Source: Octopus sinensis
Lineage: Eukaryota
Assembly: GCF_006345805.1 (NCBI RefSeq)
Contig: NC_043003.1
Location: 60,202,001-60,266,000 of the forward strand
Reading direction: 5' to 3'
Length of the DNA stretch: 64,000 nt
Shown: positions 1-13,449 of the stretch, in pieces
Numbering within the stretch: position 1 is the first letter of the stretch
Layout: each line of letters starts with the position of its first letter
The notes under the pieces: model-generated
Told to the model about the DNA's origin: nothing
The model's database searches: none
Seen by the model: the letters and a program-made list of their open reading frames with translations, nothing else
Position numbers and translations under genes: made by a program

Positions 1-160
1 GCAGGTGAGCTGCAAGATGCAGGAGGAAAGAGTGAGAGAAAGGTGTGGCGAAAGAGTCAGCAGAAATTCGCCATTACCTTCTGTCGGAGCCACGTGGAGC
101 TTAGGCGTTCCGCTCATAAACATACACATCGCCCAGTCTGAGATTCGAACCCGCGATCTC
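1..160 (-). mobile_element. tRNA-derived SINE, family C (partial)
   Basis: Minus strand has B-box GGTTCGAATC followed by the body gagc..aagctccacgtggctcc..ggcgaa..ctg, which is shared with the copies at 38003-38290 and 49166-49355. Confidence 0.7.
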
Positions 161-671
161 TCTTAAAAGAACCAGTCTATTCGCTTTCAGGAGCTGTAAA
201 TTGAACAATATTTTAACAAAAAAAGTGACTTTATAAAACGGCTATAAAGAGAAAATAGGTTACTATTCGAGTTTATCCAACTCAAGTTTGTTGTCCCAAG
301 CTGGGGGTTAGATCGAAGTTCGAGTAACAGTGGGCTCTACTGGACGAGTTAGATAAGATAGACATGTATTCCCTTACGGCTGATGTAGTTTAACTCTCTT
401 CTTTTTTCAAGGCTTGAGCACCAATTGAAAAATTCAAATTTGATTGCAAAGAATTCAAATTTGATGGCAAAGAATCTAAACTAGATCGAAAACGTGTGTA
501 CATACAAATTGGATTCCCGCCGTGTTCTAAAAATTTTGGAATTTATTGCCTTTTTAAATTTTGGAATCTATTTTTTCTTCTTTCGAGAATCCTGCTTTTG
601 AATGATTTTGGAATCTTTCATATTTTTCTAGTCAATTTTAGTTAATTTTTGCTTATTTTCAGATCATTAAA

Positions 672-1628
672 ATGGAATGTCAAGTTAAGAAAAACGAGGA
701 TTTTCGACACCGCCTTGTTATTGCTTTTAATCAAGGTTCTAATGCCGCAGAAGCTGCTCGCCACATTTGTGCTGTATATGGAGAGGGTGCCATAGCTGAA
801 AGAACCGTTCGTCATGGGTATGCCAAGTTCAAAAATGGAAATTTTGACCCCAAAGAAGCACCTCGTTCTGACCGTCCAGTTGAGTTCGAAGAAAAGCGAT
901 TGAACTTACTTTTACACGAAAATTCTCGTCAAGCGACAGGGGATTGTGCAGAGAAAATGAAATTCAACCATCTTCACTCGGTGGGAAAGTTTCAGAAGTA
1001 TTGAGCATGCTTTAAGTGACAAGAACAAAAATCAACGAGCCACAATCTCCGCTGGTTTGCTTGCTCGTCACCGCTCAACACATGGACACAAGCAACGATT
1101 TCTTTACGGAATCGTTACTGGCGATGAAAAATGGTGTCTGTACATCAATACGAAGAAGCGTAAGGAATGGCTTAGCCCCGGAAAACAAGAGACACCACGC
1201 GTGAATCAAGACCTTAATCCACGTAAAACGATGTTGCACGTATGGTGGGACTGGAAAGGGATTGTCAATTGCGAATTAGTTGAACGGAACCAAATGGTCA
1301 ACGCAGAACTCTATGTTCAACAGATGGAACGACTCAACACGGCTATTCAAGAGAAAATCGTCAGTATGGAGTTCTGCTGCAATACGACCGAGGAAGCCAT
1401 TCAAACGCGTGGCTGGGAAGTGCTGCCACACACGCCGTGCTCTCCTGATTTGGCACGAAAGGATTTCCACCTCTCTCGAACACTTTCAAGTGCTATGCGC
1501 GGAGTATCGTTCAATACTGATGCAGAATTGAGAGCTTGGTTGGATCAATTTTTCGAGTCGAAATCGGGTGATTGCTACCATCGAGGTATTGAAAATCTTG
1601 TTAAACGTTGGGAAGAAGGTGTAAACAA
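672..1628 (+). pseudogene. Mariner (DD34D-type) transposase, frameshifted and internally deleted
   Basis: ORF 672-1004 has the mariner HTH region (AAEAARHICAVYGEGAIAERTVRHGYAKFKNGNF..PRSDRP). ORF 1057 onward has IVTGDEKW, KTMLHVWWDWKGIV, PHTPCSPDLARKD (YSPDLAPSD-like) and YHRGIENLVKRWEE. WVPHEL is broken by a frameshift and HDNARPH is missing. Confidence 0.92.
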
Positions 1629-1629
1629 G

Positions 1630-1709
1630 GGTCAAGTCAGGTCAGGTCAGGTCAGGTCAGGTCAAGTCAAGTGTGACGCCATAGGGCTGACTGTGGGCCG
1701 GGTAGTGCC

Positions 1710-1745
<36 letters not shown>
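1630..1745. repeat. (GGTCA)n and (TA)n microsatellites truncating the mariner 3' end
   Basis: Directly visible at 1630-1670 and 1712-1745. Confidence 0.9.
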
Positions 1746-1747
<2 letters not shown>

Positions 1748-3149
1748 CACTCCTGATTACCAACTATATATAAACGTTTCATCCAAGTAAAAAACTTACG
1801 TTATTTGATTCCGTGTCTGAGACATATGAGTATATAGGTGAGTGAATATACATATTTATGGATATGCAAGTCAAACATAAGCAATAAAGAGTAGGTGTCG
1901 AAGAACCTGATTTCTATTAAAACACCAGGGGGAACTTCACCACGGTGACTATTATTATTACTGCTGCTAGTTATTCGATGTCTACGGCCACTCCTATGAA
2001 AACAAGTCTTGACCACACTAATTTACCAAAACAGATAGTAGTAATTTTCGGTTACAGTCAGTTCAACTTTTTATGCTACCAGAACTAATAATGCAGGAGC
2101 CAGTCCTGATTTGATTAGACTTGAAGCTCTAAAATACTAGCAGGGCACAAATGGTATAAATGGTCCTAATACCACGAAACGTGATTCTTAAGTTTGCTTA
2201 GGTATAGATTAATTAATTATGAGATAATTAACTTGCGTAAATAGCTAATTTAATTAGACTTTAAGCTCCAGTAATGAATCACATTGAATATTACTCCTTA
2301 GACACATGTGATACTTAAATGAAAGCTTAAGAAAAAAGAACGGATATGGAAAAACAAATTAAGAAGTTTTAATTAGGAAATAATTAGACTTTCTGCTCCA
2401 ACGTCAATTTCTTCGCAGAATTGTTCACTAAACCCAACTGAATCTATTCATGTCACTTAAGAACTATTTTAGGTATGGATTTATAAGAAGCATTTTCTAC
2501 TAATCACTCTACACTAATTAAGAAGAAATATACAGAAACACTCTTTTCAAGCTACTTGATGAATGCAGTCTCTCGGTTTAGTAGTACTGAAGTCAATCTG
2601 TTCGTCTAAAACACGTGAAGGTGGCACCTCAGCTTGGCTATACTCCATTGATTGAAACAACTAAAAGTTCAGTGAAAGGTAGTGAGGCAAAAACAACAAG
2701 TATCTACAAAGACGCCGACATCTCATCCGCTGCTATGAATAAGGGTTGTCCTATCGAACTATTTTTCGAAAACAGTTCAATTTATCAATATTCATGAACA
2801 ACATAGTTGTAAGGTGTATTGAAGGAGGACATCGCCGAGTGAATATGAGAAGTAGGTGGCGTTGGCATTTTGTTAGGGAAATGAAGGAAAACTTAAGAGG
2901 GAAGTTATTTCACATCGACGTGCAATCGATAGAGAGAATGTAAATTCTAGGGGTGTGTCGAAATATTGTGGCACCATAGTGTTAACCATTTTTTTCTGTT
3001 CTGTGTTACATGTAATACACCGGGTATATTTCTCTTGCATCCATGCACGATATATGATAGATATTCCTAATTTTTTCCATCCACCAGAGTAACTTAGAAC
3101 TTATGAAAGGAACGCTTATATCATTCAGAACGTGTGGGCCAAGAGCTAT

Positions 3150-3910
3150 CTAGAAATCTGAAAACAACCATAGACGTTTAGGATACACGTAAATGATTTG
3201 CACAGGCAAAGGTTTAAAATATCTCGGATATGAAAGTTGATGTGAAAAAAAGCAACTAGTGATTTGAAGGATTAATATGCGCAAAATGCTTAACTGGGCT
3301 AAAGTATTCTATCTCAAAAAAGACAAGTTTTCGTTATCAATATGATCTGACGACAGCAAATCCTGCCATTTTGTAATTCAAAGCAGATTTATGTTTGATA
3401 AAATGTAACTGAAATACATATGCAGTATGTAATGAACAGATAAATATGGAGGTGTTGGACATATCGAAATGGGGGAGAAATTTGGGCGAACGCAGTTCAG
3501 AATTAATATTTGGTGATTATCACGAAATTGGTCCAACATACAGTCAAATACTTGAAAAAGCGCTATTACCAATCCACCAACTAATCCTCTGTAAGTTTTG
3601 ATGGGGGGAAATCACTGTTTTTAAATAGCTGCGGACTGATGCAACACAAGCAGGATATTACAAGCTTTGTAAAGAACTCGCGCTTTCGAGTATTTGAAAT
3701 GGGTTGTTTCAAGGCCTAATCCAAAAGGATATTTAGGTGATGGAAAGACCTGGTCAAGATCGTTGAAAATGAGATGAATTACACAATAGGAGAATTGACC
3801 GTAGGGTTGATAAACATGAATAAGTCTGCTGCAGAAAATTCAATGAAATTTATGCCTAATCGATTGAAAACAATGATATTAGTGAAAGGAGGAACTAGAA
3901 ATAATGAGAA
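3150..3910 (+). pseudogene. Highly decayed Tc1-like transposase
   Basis: Translating across stops and frameshifts gives, in Tc1 order: KKQLVI*RINMRKMLNWAK (~3245), *SDDSK (~3345), KYGGVGHIEMG (~3441), YSQILEKALLP (~3540) and MPNRLKTMILVKGGTR (~3855). Confidence 0.75.
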
Positions 3911-4053
3911 AAACTTCTATTTGTTTTTAATACAACATTAACGTTGCTTTGTATGATCTTGGTTATAAAGGCTATTGTAGTTAGTCTCGTTTAAATCGGT
4001 ATATTAGATTTTAGCGGTTTTCTCAGTTTTATTATTAGAGCCTAGGATAAGTC

Positions 4054-4241
4054 GGCGAGCTGACATAACGGTTAGTATGTCGGGCAAATTGCTTAGTGGC
4101 ATTTCGTTCGTCTCTACGTTCTGAGTTCAAATTCCACCGAGGTTAACTTTGACTTCCCGTTCTTTCGAGGTCGATAAAATAAAACCATGTTGGTCAGTGG
4201 AATCGACTTACCCCTCCTGGTCTGGTGCCAAAATTTTAAAC
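4054..4241 (+). mobile_element. tRNA-derived SINE, family A
   Basis: Head ggcgagctg..gttag, B-box-like gagttcaaattcc, core gaggt..actttg..ttc..tttcgaggtcgataaa. Confidence 0.8.
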
Positions 4242-4414
4242 CATTATTAGAGCCTAGTATACAATTACTATACAATATTTGTTCTGGCTATTTAAACCCA
4301 GTGATTAAACACAGAGTAAACAGATGGAACAAATACGGGCAACCGGGTTAAATTTACAATTCATCCCTCTACATTTCATAATATGTAAATGACCAACGCT
4401 CTCCTTTTGAAGCT

Positions 4415-4545
4415 TCTATGTTCATGTTTAAAATCGGAACAGGTATCTAGGGCTGAAATGGCATTGGGTGTTATAAAACTGCTATGTTCATGTTTAAAAT
4501 TGAAACAGGTGTCTAAGCCTGAAATGGCAGTGGGCATTATAGAGT
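4415..4545. repeat. Two-copy ~66 bp tandem duplication
   Basis: ctatgttcatgtttaaaat..aacaggt.tcta.g.ctgaaatggca.tggg..ttata occurs twice. Confidence 0.8.
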
Positions 4546-4661
4546 TGGTCAAAATGCTTTCCATATAATTTCGGCTCTTTACATGCTAAGTTCAAATCTT
4601 GCCTAGGTGTCGGAGTTATAAGCAATTATTAGAAGAGTGGATTGGCAGAATTGTTATAATT

Positions 4662-4868
4662 GTTTCAAATTTCATCACGCGGCCAACAATTTTAGGGGTG
4701 AAGCTTAGTCCATTACATCGACTCCAGGATTCGTTCTGTTGATATTTGTTTGACCGATCTCGAAGGGGAAAAAGCGAAGTCGATCACGTTGGAATATGAA
4801 GTCAGACCGTAAGCAACTAAAAGAAATATCGAGGAACATTTTGTCTGATGCACTAACACTTTTGGCAG
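4662..4868 (-). mobile_element. SINE family A, decayed
   Basis: Reverse-complement similarity to the family A core and tail (gtttcaaattt.., acatcgac, aagtcga). Confidence 0.55.
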
Positions 4869-5902
4869 AACAAATATCAACAAAAAAGAGAAAATATTGA
4901 TTTGCACTGTTTGTTCTGACTCTTTACTTCCCGTGATCTAATCTCAACGAGGTCAATTTTAACATTTTTCTTTCTGGAATTGGTACTTAAGTGTTAACCT
5001 CTTTGCATCCTCTACTATAAATCGGCAGTTCCATTCTTTTGCATCTGGTTTTGTGTCCGTGATAAAAATTTAGTTATATCAATTACAAGGCACTATTGAC
5101 CTCCTGCTGCCTATTTTGGCCTGTTTGTCCGACCCTCGACCAAAAATGCTTTAGTGTATGCCAAATAAAGGAATTAGATTAACTTGGATATTGAAATGAT
5201 CAAAGGTTTTCTAGCTGCGTGACAATTCTACCTCCTTTTGAGGACTACGTATCGCAGTCTACATTCTTCATTGCACCTTGCTCTTGCTTTTCAAGTCGCT
5301 AAGATATAATTCTAAAGGAGAATTTTATTCCTTTTTCAAGCTTTTCGAATGAATTAGTAGATGTTCAAGTTTAGAATAAAGTAAGGCGGTTCTTCAAAGG
5401 AAATGATTATTTGAAGTAGAAAATTGCAAAGTAGAATTGCCCAATGTTCATATATATCAATAGTCACCACATGCAATGTATTCTAAGTATAAGGTAGAAC
5501 TGGAAATAGTCAATCGACCGGGCTTTAAGTATACACTTACAGTACTACTGCTCTTGAAGCATTTATGGAAATCATAATCTTTGTTTAAATTGTCCTTCCA
5601 ACCAAAAGTTTTGGTATTCATTCCATGGTTATGCTTGGTCAAAGACAGTCAAAAGGGTCAAATTGTAACCTTGACATGTGAGATAAATAAATACTGGTTC
5701 CTTTTCAACTTAGCGCCAACAAATGTTCATAGTATTGATCTAAAATGAAACGAATAAATCGTTTGAGGATCATTCATTTGCCTGAGGCGGTTGTCAAGGG
5801 AAGTAAAGTAGCATTATGAAAACATGTTTCTAGACAAAAGGTAACGATATATTAGCATCAGTAAATCGTTAATTAATAACTATTTTGATTTTACATAAGA
5901 CA

Positions 5903-6112
5903 GCGAGCTGGCATAACCGTTAGAACATAGGGTAAAATGCTTAGCGGCATTTCGTCTATATTTACGATCTGATTTCATATCCGCCGAGGTCGATTTTTTT
6001 CTTTCATCCTTTCGAGATCGATAAAATAACTACCAGTTGAACTCTGAGGGTCGGTGTAATTGATTTACTGCCTGCCCCGAAATTGCTAACCCTGTGCCAA
6101 AATTTGAAACCA
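5903..6112 (+). mobile_element. SINE family A
   Basis: gcgagctggcataaccgttag..ccgccgaggtcga..ctttcatcctttcgagatcgataaa..gtgccaaaatttgaaacc. Confidence 0.85.
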
Positions 6113-6599
6113 ATAATTATTTATGACACATGCATTAAATTATAGAGTTCGAAGACGGAAATTACTGTTTCTTTAGTAGCTACGTAGTCCATAGAAATAA
6201 AATTCTTTCCTAATTTCTAAATTATGAATATGTACTAGGGAAACAGAGATATATGTAATTTGAAATTAACATTGAACCCGAGAAACTGAAATGGAATAGC
6301 TTTACATTATTGATACAGAACGGTCTCCTACAACCGCCAAAACTGCCAGATTACTTCAGTTATCTGGTAGTTCCGGGAGCAGTAGCAGGCGGTTCTCCTC
6401 TGTCAATAATATAACGTTGAGTGCTTTTATGCACCGCGAGTCCTTATGAAAGGTTTTCTCCTAACACAATCTCCAAGTTAAGTCGTAGATCAGATGTGTG
6501 TGTGTGTGCGCAAATAAATTTTTGTGTGTGTTTATGTGTGTGCGTGCGCGTATAGGTAAAATCAGGGCTTCTTTGAAATGTTTGAAGAACAGTCAAGAA

Positions 6600-6870
6600 G
6601 GAGCACTCGTACATTGTCAGCAGAACGTGGTCCTCTATAAGATACCATCGAACAATTCTATAACCTCAGCTGATGAACAGACGCTGTTAAGAAGCTCTTC
6701 ATGAAGTGGCCAATGAGCAGGGTGATCTACGTATGAAAATCTGCAAAAAAATGCTGACGAATCCTTGAGAGGCCCGTTTTTGGCGTCGAATTCTAATAAG
6801 GAGTGAAAAAATTTGCTTCCATAATCATAAAGGAATTCAGTAGCTTCGTTGCAACCCGACTTTAGAACGT
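6600..6870 (+). pseudogene. Very decayed mariner transposase fragment
   Basis: One frame reads HEVANEQGDLRMKICKKMLTNP*EARFWRRILIRSEKICFHNH, which aligns by eye with mariner HELT..R..IC..LL..PFL.RIVTGDEKW. Confidence 0.4.
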
Positions 6871-7142
6871 GTTGCCAAACAAGAGCTGTGATAACAGAAG
6901 GGCAGGCATGGTTTGTGCTTGGCGGAATTTCGAGTGTATATATCCTAACTAGCTAATATGCTTATTGCAAGGTCAGTAACTGTGTGTCACTTCCTATACA
7001 TTGCGAGCTGGAGTGAACTACTGCTTTACCTACCGCACGAGTATCCATCACCGAGGGTAACGATAGAGAGATCGAAACTGTACGATCTCCGGACTATAAT
7101 AGTAGGGAGTTCTCTCCTTGCTTGCAATATATATCGAGTGTA

Positions 7143-7785
7143 AAGGCGTCGAGCTGGCAGAAGCGTTAGGACACCGGGCAAAATGCTTAGCGGTATTTCA
7201 TCTGTCTTTTCGTTCTGAGTTCAAATTCCGCCTTTCATCCTTTCGGGGTCGATAAATTAAGTACTAATTGCGTACTGGAGTCGTTCTAATCGACTTGCTC
7301 CCTCCCGCAAAATGTCGAGCCTTGTGCTTAGAGTAGAAAAGAATATTTAAGGCGGCGAACTGGCAGAAACATTAGCACGCCGGGCGAAATATTTAGCGGT
7401 ATTTCGTCTGCCGTTATATTCTGAGTTCATATTCCGCCGAGGTCGACTTTGCCTTTCATCCTTCCGGGGTCGATAAATTAAGTACCAGTTACGCACTGGG
7501 GTCAATTACATCGACTTAACCCCTTTGTCCGTCCTTGTTTACTCCCTCTATGTTTAGCCGCTTGTGGGCAATAAAGAAATAAGGAACGTTAGCACGCCGG
7601 GTGATATGCTTAGCGCTATTTCGCCTGTCTTCATGTTCTGAGTTCAAATTCCGCCGAGGTCGACTTTGCCTTTCATCCTTTCGAGGTCGATAAATTAAGT
7701 ACCAGTTACGTATTGGGGCCGATCTAATCGACTGGCTCCCTACTGAAAACTTTCGAGCCTTGTGCCAAGAGTAGAAAAGTATATA
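7143..7785 (+). mobile_element. Three consecutive SINE family A copies
   Basis: Copies start at ~7143, ~7351 and ~7584. Each has gttag..cgccgggc.aaat..ttagcgg, ttctgagttca.attccgcc and ctttcatcct...gggtcgataaattaagtac. Confidence 0.9.
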
Positions 7786-7959
7786 TATCGAGTGTAATGT
7801 GCACTGAATAACCAGCAAGAAGAGGCGTCCTCCTTGTGTTAAATAGCAGGATCGTCGGTTCCTGGGGAAGACCTCTGTTTCGGTGACGTTATACACAACT
7901 TCTCAGAGTAAATACTGCTTGGATTTCTTATAAAAAATTTCCTAGTTAGCTAATTTACT

Positions 7960-8340
7960 TCAGGTTATTAAGCTGTTTTGCAGCCACGGGGTTCCTGTTC
8001 AGTTGCACTGTATGGTACCTAGGGCAAGTGCTATAGCCCAGGGCCGACTAATACCGTCTGAGTGATTTTGTGAGGCGGAATCTGTATGGAAGCCCGTTGT
8101 GTATGTGTATGTACGGGTTTGTGTTTGTTCCCCATCATCGATTCACAGCCGGTCTTGCTTTGTTTACATCACTGCTCTGCAAAAGAAAATGATATTTTCA
8201 AGCAGAACATATTAAAAAATAAAACATAAAAACAAAACCGTACTAGGATCGGTGAGTTGACTGAACGCTTCAGGGCATTGCCCAGCATGGCCGCATTCCA
8301 ATGACTGAAACAAGCAAGAGATAAAAGACAAATACACACA
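7960..8340 (+). mobile_element. SINE family B, decayed
   Basis: gggcaagtg..gggccgact..ggaagcccgt, followed by the tail cccagcatggccgca..aatgactgaaacaag. Confidence 0.7.
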
Positions 8341-8431
8341 CGCATACGCTATCATATATGTGTGTATGTAACAACCACACACATACTACTAATATATATA
8401 CATATATATATACATATGTGTGTGCTTGTGC

Positions 8432-8481
<50 letters not shown>

Positions 8482-9407
8482 ATATACCTACATATATATA
8501 TAAGTAAACGTGCATTCTTGTACATATGTATCCTGCAGTGAATGCTACAGTACATGAGGTGTTTTGATATTCAACTGCTTATTCCCGGAAAAGACGTATC
8601 TGAATGCGTAAAAAGTACTTCATTATTTAGTAAGCTTGTTGTTGAAGTTTGTGATTTTTGGATGCTGTTGTTGTTGTTGTTGTTGCTGCTGTCGTCGTCT
8701 TCGTCGTTGATGCTGTTATCTTACTGATTTTGTTTCGTTTTTCTCCCCCCCCCCCCACCACCACCGCCAATTTCATTGTTTTAATATTCGTCAAATGAAG
8801 ATACAACATGATTTGAAATGTTAGTAATTAAATATTTTTATTGCTTTTCCTGAAACATAAGAATGCAGCAGGCATGTAAGATATTCACGCTTATACACAA
8901 TCTCTCTCTCTGTCTCTCTCTCACACACACACACACACATACACGCACACGCACACACACACACGCACACCACACACATACATACATACGCGTGCGCATA
9001 AACACTCATACGCAAGCATACACGGACGAGTAAGTGGCTTCCGCTCGATCTCTTGTCTGCTTTACATTCTTTGTCTGTCTCCGTCTCTGTCTTTCCCACT
9101 CACTCATTATTTTGCTTTCTCTCTTTCTCATCCTTGGTCTTTCACCATCTCTCCCAGCGTATTTCACTACCACCAACCACCACCACCACTACTAGTACTA
9201 CTTCACACTTGCATACACATACAGATGCAAACATTTTAACTGAATGTTCATATATACCTACGCTCAACACGGATGAGGTTACTCGTAACGGATTATATGA
9301 ATATGTGCAGTCAGTATAAGACTACATGTGTTGTACGTGTGTGCGTGCGTATGTATGCATGTATATATATGTGTGTGTGTATGTCTGTGTCTGTGTGTGT
9401 GTGAGTA

Positions 9408-9830
9408 TATACTCTTTTACTCTTTTACTTGTTTCACTCATTTGACTGCGGCCATGCTGGAGCACCGCCTTTAGTCGAGCAAATCGACCCCAGGACTTAT
9501 TCTTTGTAAGCCTAGCACTTATTCTCTCGGTGTCTTTTGCCGAACCGCTAATTTACGGGGACGCAAACACACCACCGTCGGTTGTCAAGCAATGGTGGGG
9601 GGACAAACACAGACACACAAATATATACACACACATACATATATATACATATATATACATATATTTACGGGGGCTTCTTTCAGTTTCCGTCTATTAAATC
9701 CACTCACAAGGCTTCGGTCGGCCCCAGGCTATAGTAGAAGACACTTGCCCAAGGTGCCACGTAGTGGGACTGAACTCGGAACTATGTGGTTATTAAGCGA
9801 GCTACTTACCACACAGCCACTCTTGCGCCA
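9408..9830 (-). mobile_element. SINE family B (tRNA head, CORE-like domain, internal microsatellite, LINE-type tail), full length
   Basis: Minus strand reads ggcgcaagagtggctgtgtggtaag (A box)..agttccgagttcagtccc (B box)..accttgggcaagtgtctt (resembles the CORE domain, from memory of the MIR-type core)..ggcggtgctccagcatggccgcagtcaaatga..(aaaagagt)n. Confidence 0.92.
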
Positions 9831-10288
9831 ATATATATTTATGTTTACACATGTATATATGTATTTGTATGTATATGTATAGACACGTATACGAATATAA
9901 TTATGTGTGCATGAGTATGTTTGTGTATCAATCTCTGTGTCTATAGCGCGACCAACAAATACATACAAGTGCGCACGCATACACACGTACACGCATATAC
10001 ACTAATGCATATAGAGTGAAAGCTAGCCAGACGTATGTGCATACAGCGTTGATAGAGATGAAGAGTATGCTTATTTATGCACATGAAATATGGATAGAGA
10101 GAGAGAGAGAGAGAGAGAAAAGTAAGAGAGAGTGAGTACAAGAGGGAAAGAGTAAGCGGGAGAAGAAGAGTAATGAGTAGGAGAGAAGATTTTTTCTACC
10201 CTACAGCGCATGGAGATATCCGTCTGCATTGTAATATATCAGTGAGTGTGTGTGTATATATGTGTATGTATATATATATATATATGTG

Positions 10289-10337
<49 letters not shown>

Positions 10338-10579
10338 GAGGGTGTATGTATGAATTCATAAACTTGTGTGTGTATATATGTGAATGTGTATGATTGAATT
10401 AGAGATATATATATTGACATATGTGTTTACAGTAACATCATGTAGTAGCACACGCATATGCACGCAGACACACACATGAACACGTATACATGTGCACACA
10501 CGCGCACGCATGTACACGCACGTGTAACACATGTATATTTAATAATTTTATACAATGATATATAATTTCTAATGATCGT

Positions 10580-10670
10580 CAGTGTAATAATAATAGTGAT
10601 AATAATAGCAACAATATTAATAATAATAATAATAATAATAACAATAAAGACGATAATAATAACAATAATA

Positions 10671-10740
<70 letters not shown>

Positions 10741-10755
10741 TAATAATAATTTAGC
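10580..10755. repeat. (AAT)n microsatellite
   Basis: Directly visible. Confidence 0.95.
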
Positions 10756-10898
10756 GATACATGCACATATATTCGTAAACATTGATAAGAAGGCATTTTT
10801 TGAAATAATTTTATGTCCTCTATTTATTCAAATATATTTAACTTATCTGAGTATTATAGTTTCCGAGCACGCACGAAGAGAGACACAAGCACACACAA

Positions 10899-10938
<40 letters not shown>

Positions 10939-11092
10939 CACACACACACACGCACGCGCGCTCACACGCGCTCGCAAACACACAAATAAATTCACACATG
11001 TAGATAGACATGCATGTACATTTAAGAGATTATAGAATATGTTCTCACGCTTACATGCATGCATGTATGTATGTATGTTTTAATTCATTTCC

Positions 11093-11145
<53 letters not shown>

Positions 11146-11322
11146 GGTTTTACATATATACATACATTGGTTTTACATATATACATACATTCAATCATAA
11201 ACACGTACGTACATACGTAATACATATATATACAAATGCACATACATTTATATAATCCAATACATATATACGCACACACTCATACATGTATATTTATATA
11301 TATACATAGATGTTGTATATAT

Positions 11323-11358
<36 letters not shown>

Positions 11359-12009
11359 CAATATATGCCTGTACGTAGATTATATATATACATATATATA
11401 TATATATGCCTGTACGTAGATGTATGTATGAAGTATATTAGTGTATGCATGTGTATATCTCTATGTACGTCAATGTTGATATGCACATATTTGTATGTGC
11501 ATATGGAGGTGTGTGCTGAAGAATCTCTTAAGAAATGCTTGACATTGAGTAAGACGAAAAGAGAAAGCCTAAATAAAGAGATAGGAAGAGGAAAAGAAGA
11601 TTCCGAAAAAGGAATGAAGTCACATTATAGTGAGTGATAAAGACACGGAAGATCTTTCTGAAATATAGCTTTCATTGTTCTGATCTTGTATTTCAGATAA
11701 TATTTCATATAATCATCGTAGTCATGAGCCCGTTTATCAAATAATGTCTTGATCAAACAAATAAATCCGTTTTCCCTATTGTAATTGTATTTTATCGTAT
11801 TATTATGATTTCATAATACAACACAAAATGGAAGACTAAAATCATTATTTCATTGCTGTAAGTTCGACTCACGAAGAGAGCCTGAAAGCGAGGATAAAGA
11901 AATTTAATCACTGCGCTCGCGTCCTTGTGTATGTGTGTGCATGAGAATTATGTCTATACAATATGTATGCATCTTGTATAAATATACGCATACATACACG
12001 CAAACACAT

Positions 12010-12077
<68 letters not shown>

Positions 12078-12296
12078 GTATACATCTACATATGGATACA
12101 TGCATCAATATATATTCGTATATCTACTCATATATAGTATATATAGAAATATATATTCATATATTACACGCATACACACGCACACACATGTAATATCTAT
12201 GTACATATAAAACAATGTATATGTATATATCATACATATGCATGTATGCGTATAGAGAGCGGCAGCATGAGAGCAAGATAGATCGATCGTTAAAAG

Positions 12297-12297
<1 letters not shown>

Positions 12298-12393
<96 letters not shown>

Positions 12394-12395
12394 GT
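12298..12395. repeat. (GATA)n microsatellite
   Basis: Directly visible. Confidence 0.95.
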
Positions 12396-12711
12396 AGGCA
12401 TGTATGATTGCATTGTTATTATATGCACACATTCGAGATAAAGAGAGAGAGGAGAGACATGAGAATGGAAAAGTGGACATAAGTGTGTGGAAGCCCCTTG
12501 CATTGGCGATACAAATCTATATATCAGTTACCTTTCTAATAGGAATCATCTCACTCTTCAGTTACATCTGGACAGAAGAACCATGCTGTTTTGAATATCG
12601 TAACTGAAGAGAAGATATCTAATGTATTTATTAACGCTCCAACAAACCCTTAGATGTTACACAGTATAGTACCACGCAAAAACAGCCAGCCCTTGCGAGT
12701 ATTCATAATTC

Positions 12712-12751
<40 letters not shown>

Positions 12752-12754
<3 letters not shown>

Positions 12755-12960
12755 TCTTACTTGTTTTGACTGTGGCCATGCTGGAGCACCGTCTTCAGTC
12801 GAGCAAATCGTCCCCAGGCCTTATTCTTTGTAAGCCTAGTACTTATTCTCTCCGTCTCTTTTACCGAACCGCTAAGTTACGGGGACGTAAACACACCAGC
12901 ATCGGTTGTCAAGCGATGTTGGGGGACCGAGGGGGACAAACACAGAAACACAAACTTATG

Positions 12961-12996
<36 letters not shown>

Positions 12997-13094
12997 CATA
13001 TATACGACGGGCTTCTTTCAGTTTTCGTCTACCTAATCCATTCACAAGGCTTTAGTCGGCCCGAGGCTACAGCAGAAGAAACTTGCTCAAGGTG
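12752..13094 (-). mobile_element. SINE family B, 5'-truncated
   Basis: Family B tail and body, ending at acttgctcaaggtg where mariner sequence begins. Confidence 0.88.
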
Positions 13095-13095
13095 A

Positions 13096-13316
13096 TCAAG
13101 TGGCTCAAACAACAGTCAATAGAAATTTACGAGGCAGGGATACATGGTCTCATTTGAAGGTGGAATATTGCTATTGAGAGAAACAGTGATTATGTAGCGA
13201 AGTAGGGATGTGATCCACACAAGACCAGCTTCGTTTTGATATGTGATACATGTTGCTGTGTTGGTAATTATACTTGTCCCAAACAAAATGGCATTACTTT
13301 TTGATTCACCCTCGTA
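13096..13316 (+). mobile_element. Mariner 3' end with right TIR
   Basis: KWLKQQSIEIYEAGIHGLI*RWNIAIERNSDYVAK* matches the mariner C-terminus. It ends ggcattactttttgattcaccctcg|TA, a mariner-type TIR plus TA. Confidence 0.75.
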
Positions 13317-13328
13317 TATATATATATA

Positions 13329-13366
<38 letters not shown>

Positions 13367-13449
13367 TTATCTATATATACACACGCATGTATATAGAGAT
13401 ACACTCACACACACATATATATATACAAACACGCGCGCATATAAATACA

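Noticed and set aside
1880-2950. Ser/Thr-rich, coding-looking stretch (e.g. RLSAPTSISSQNCSLNPTES.., KVAPQLGYTPLIETTKSS..)
   Set aside because: Multiple stops, no recognisable motif and no clear splice sites. It cannot be supported as an exon or pseudogene without a search.
6665-6830. CTGATGA (6670) and CTGACGA (~6755) cores
   Set aside because: No correctly placed GAAA/NUH with a pairing stem I; they lie within a decayed mariner frame.
7850-7915. Minus-strand CTGAGAA..GAAAcagagGTC
   Set aside because: Position 8 is not G, there is no compensating change at position 3, and stem I does not pair.
10545-10590. Minus-strand CTGACGATCATTAGAAA, sharing 15 nt with the array ribozyme
   Set aside because: No stem II, and no UH followed by a stem I partner. 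It does not fold as a hammerhead.
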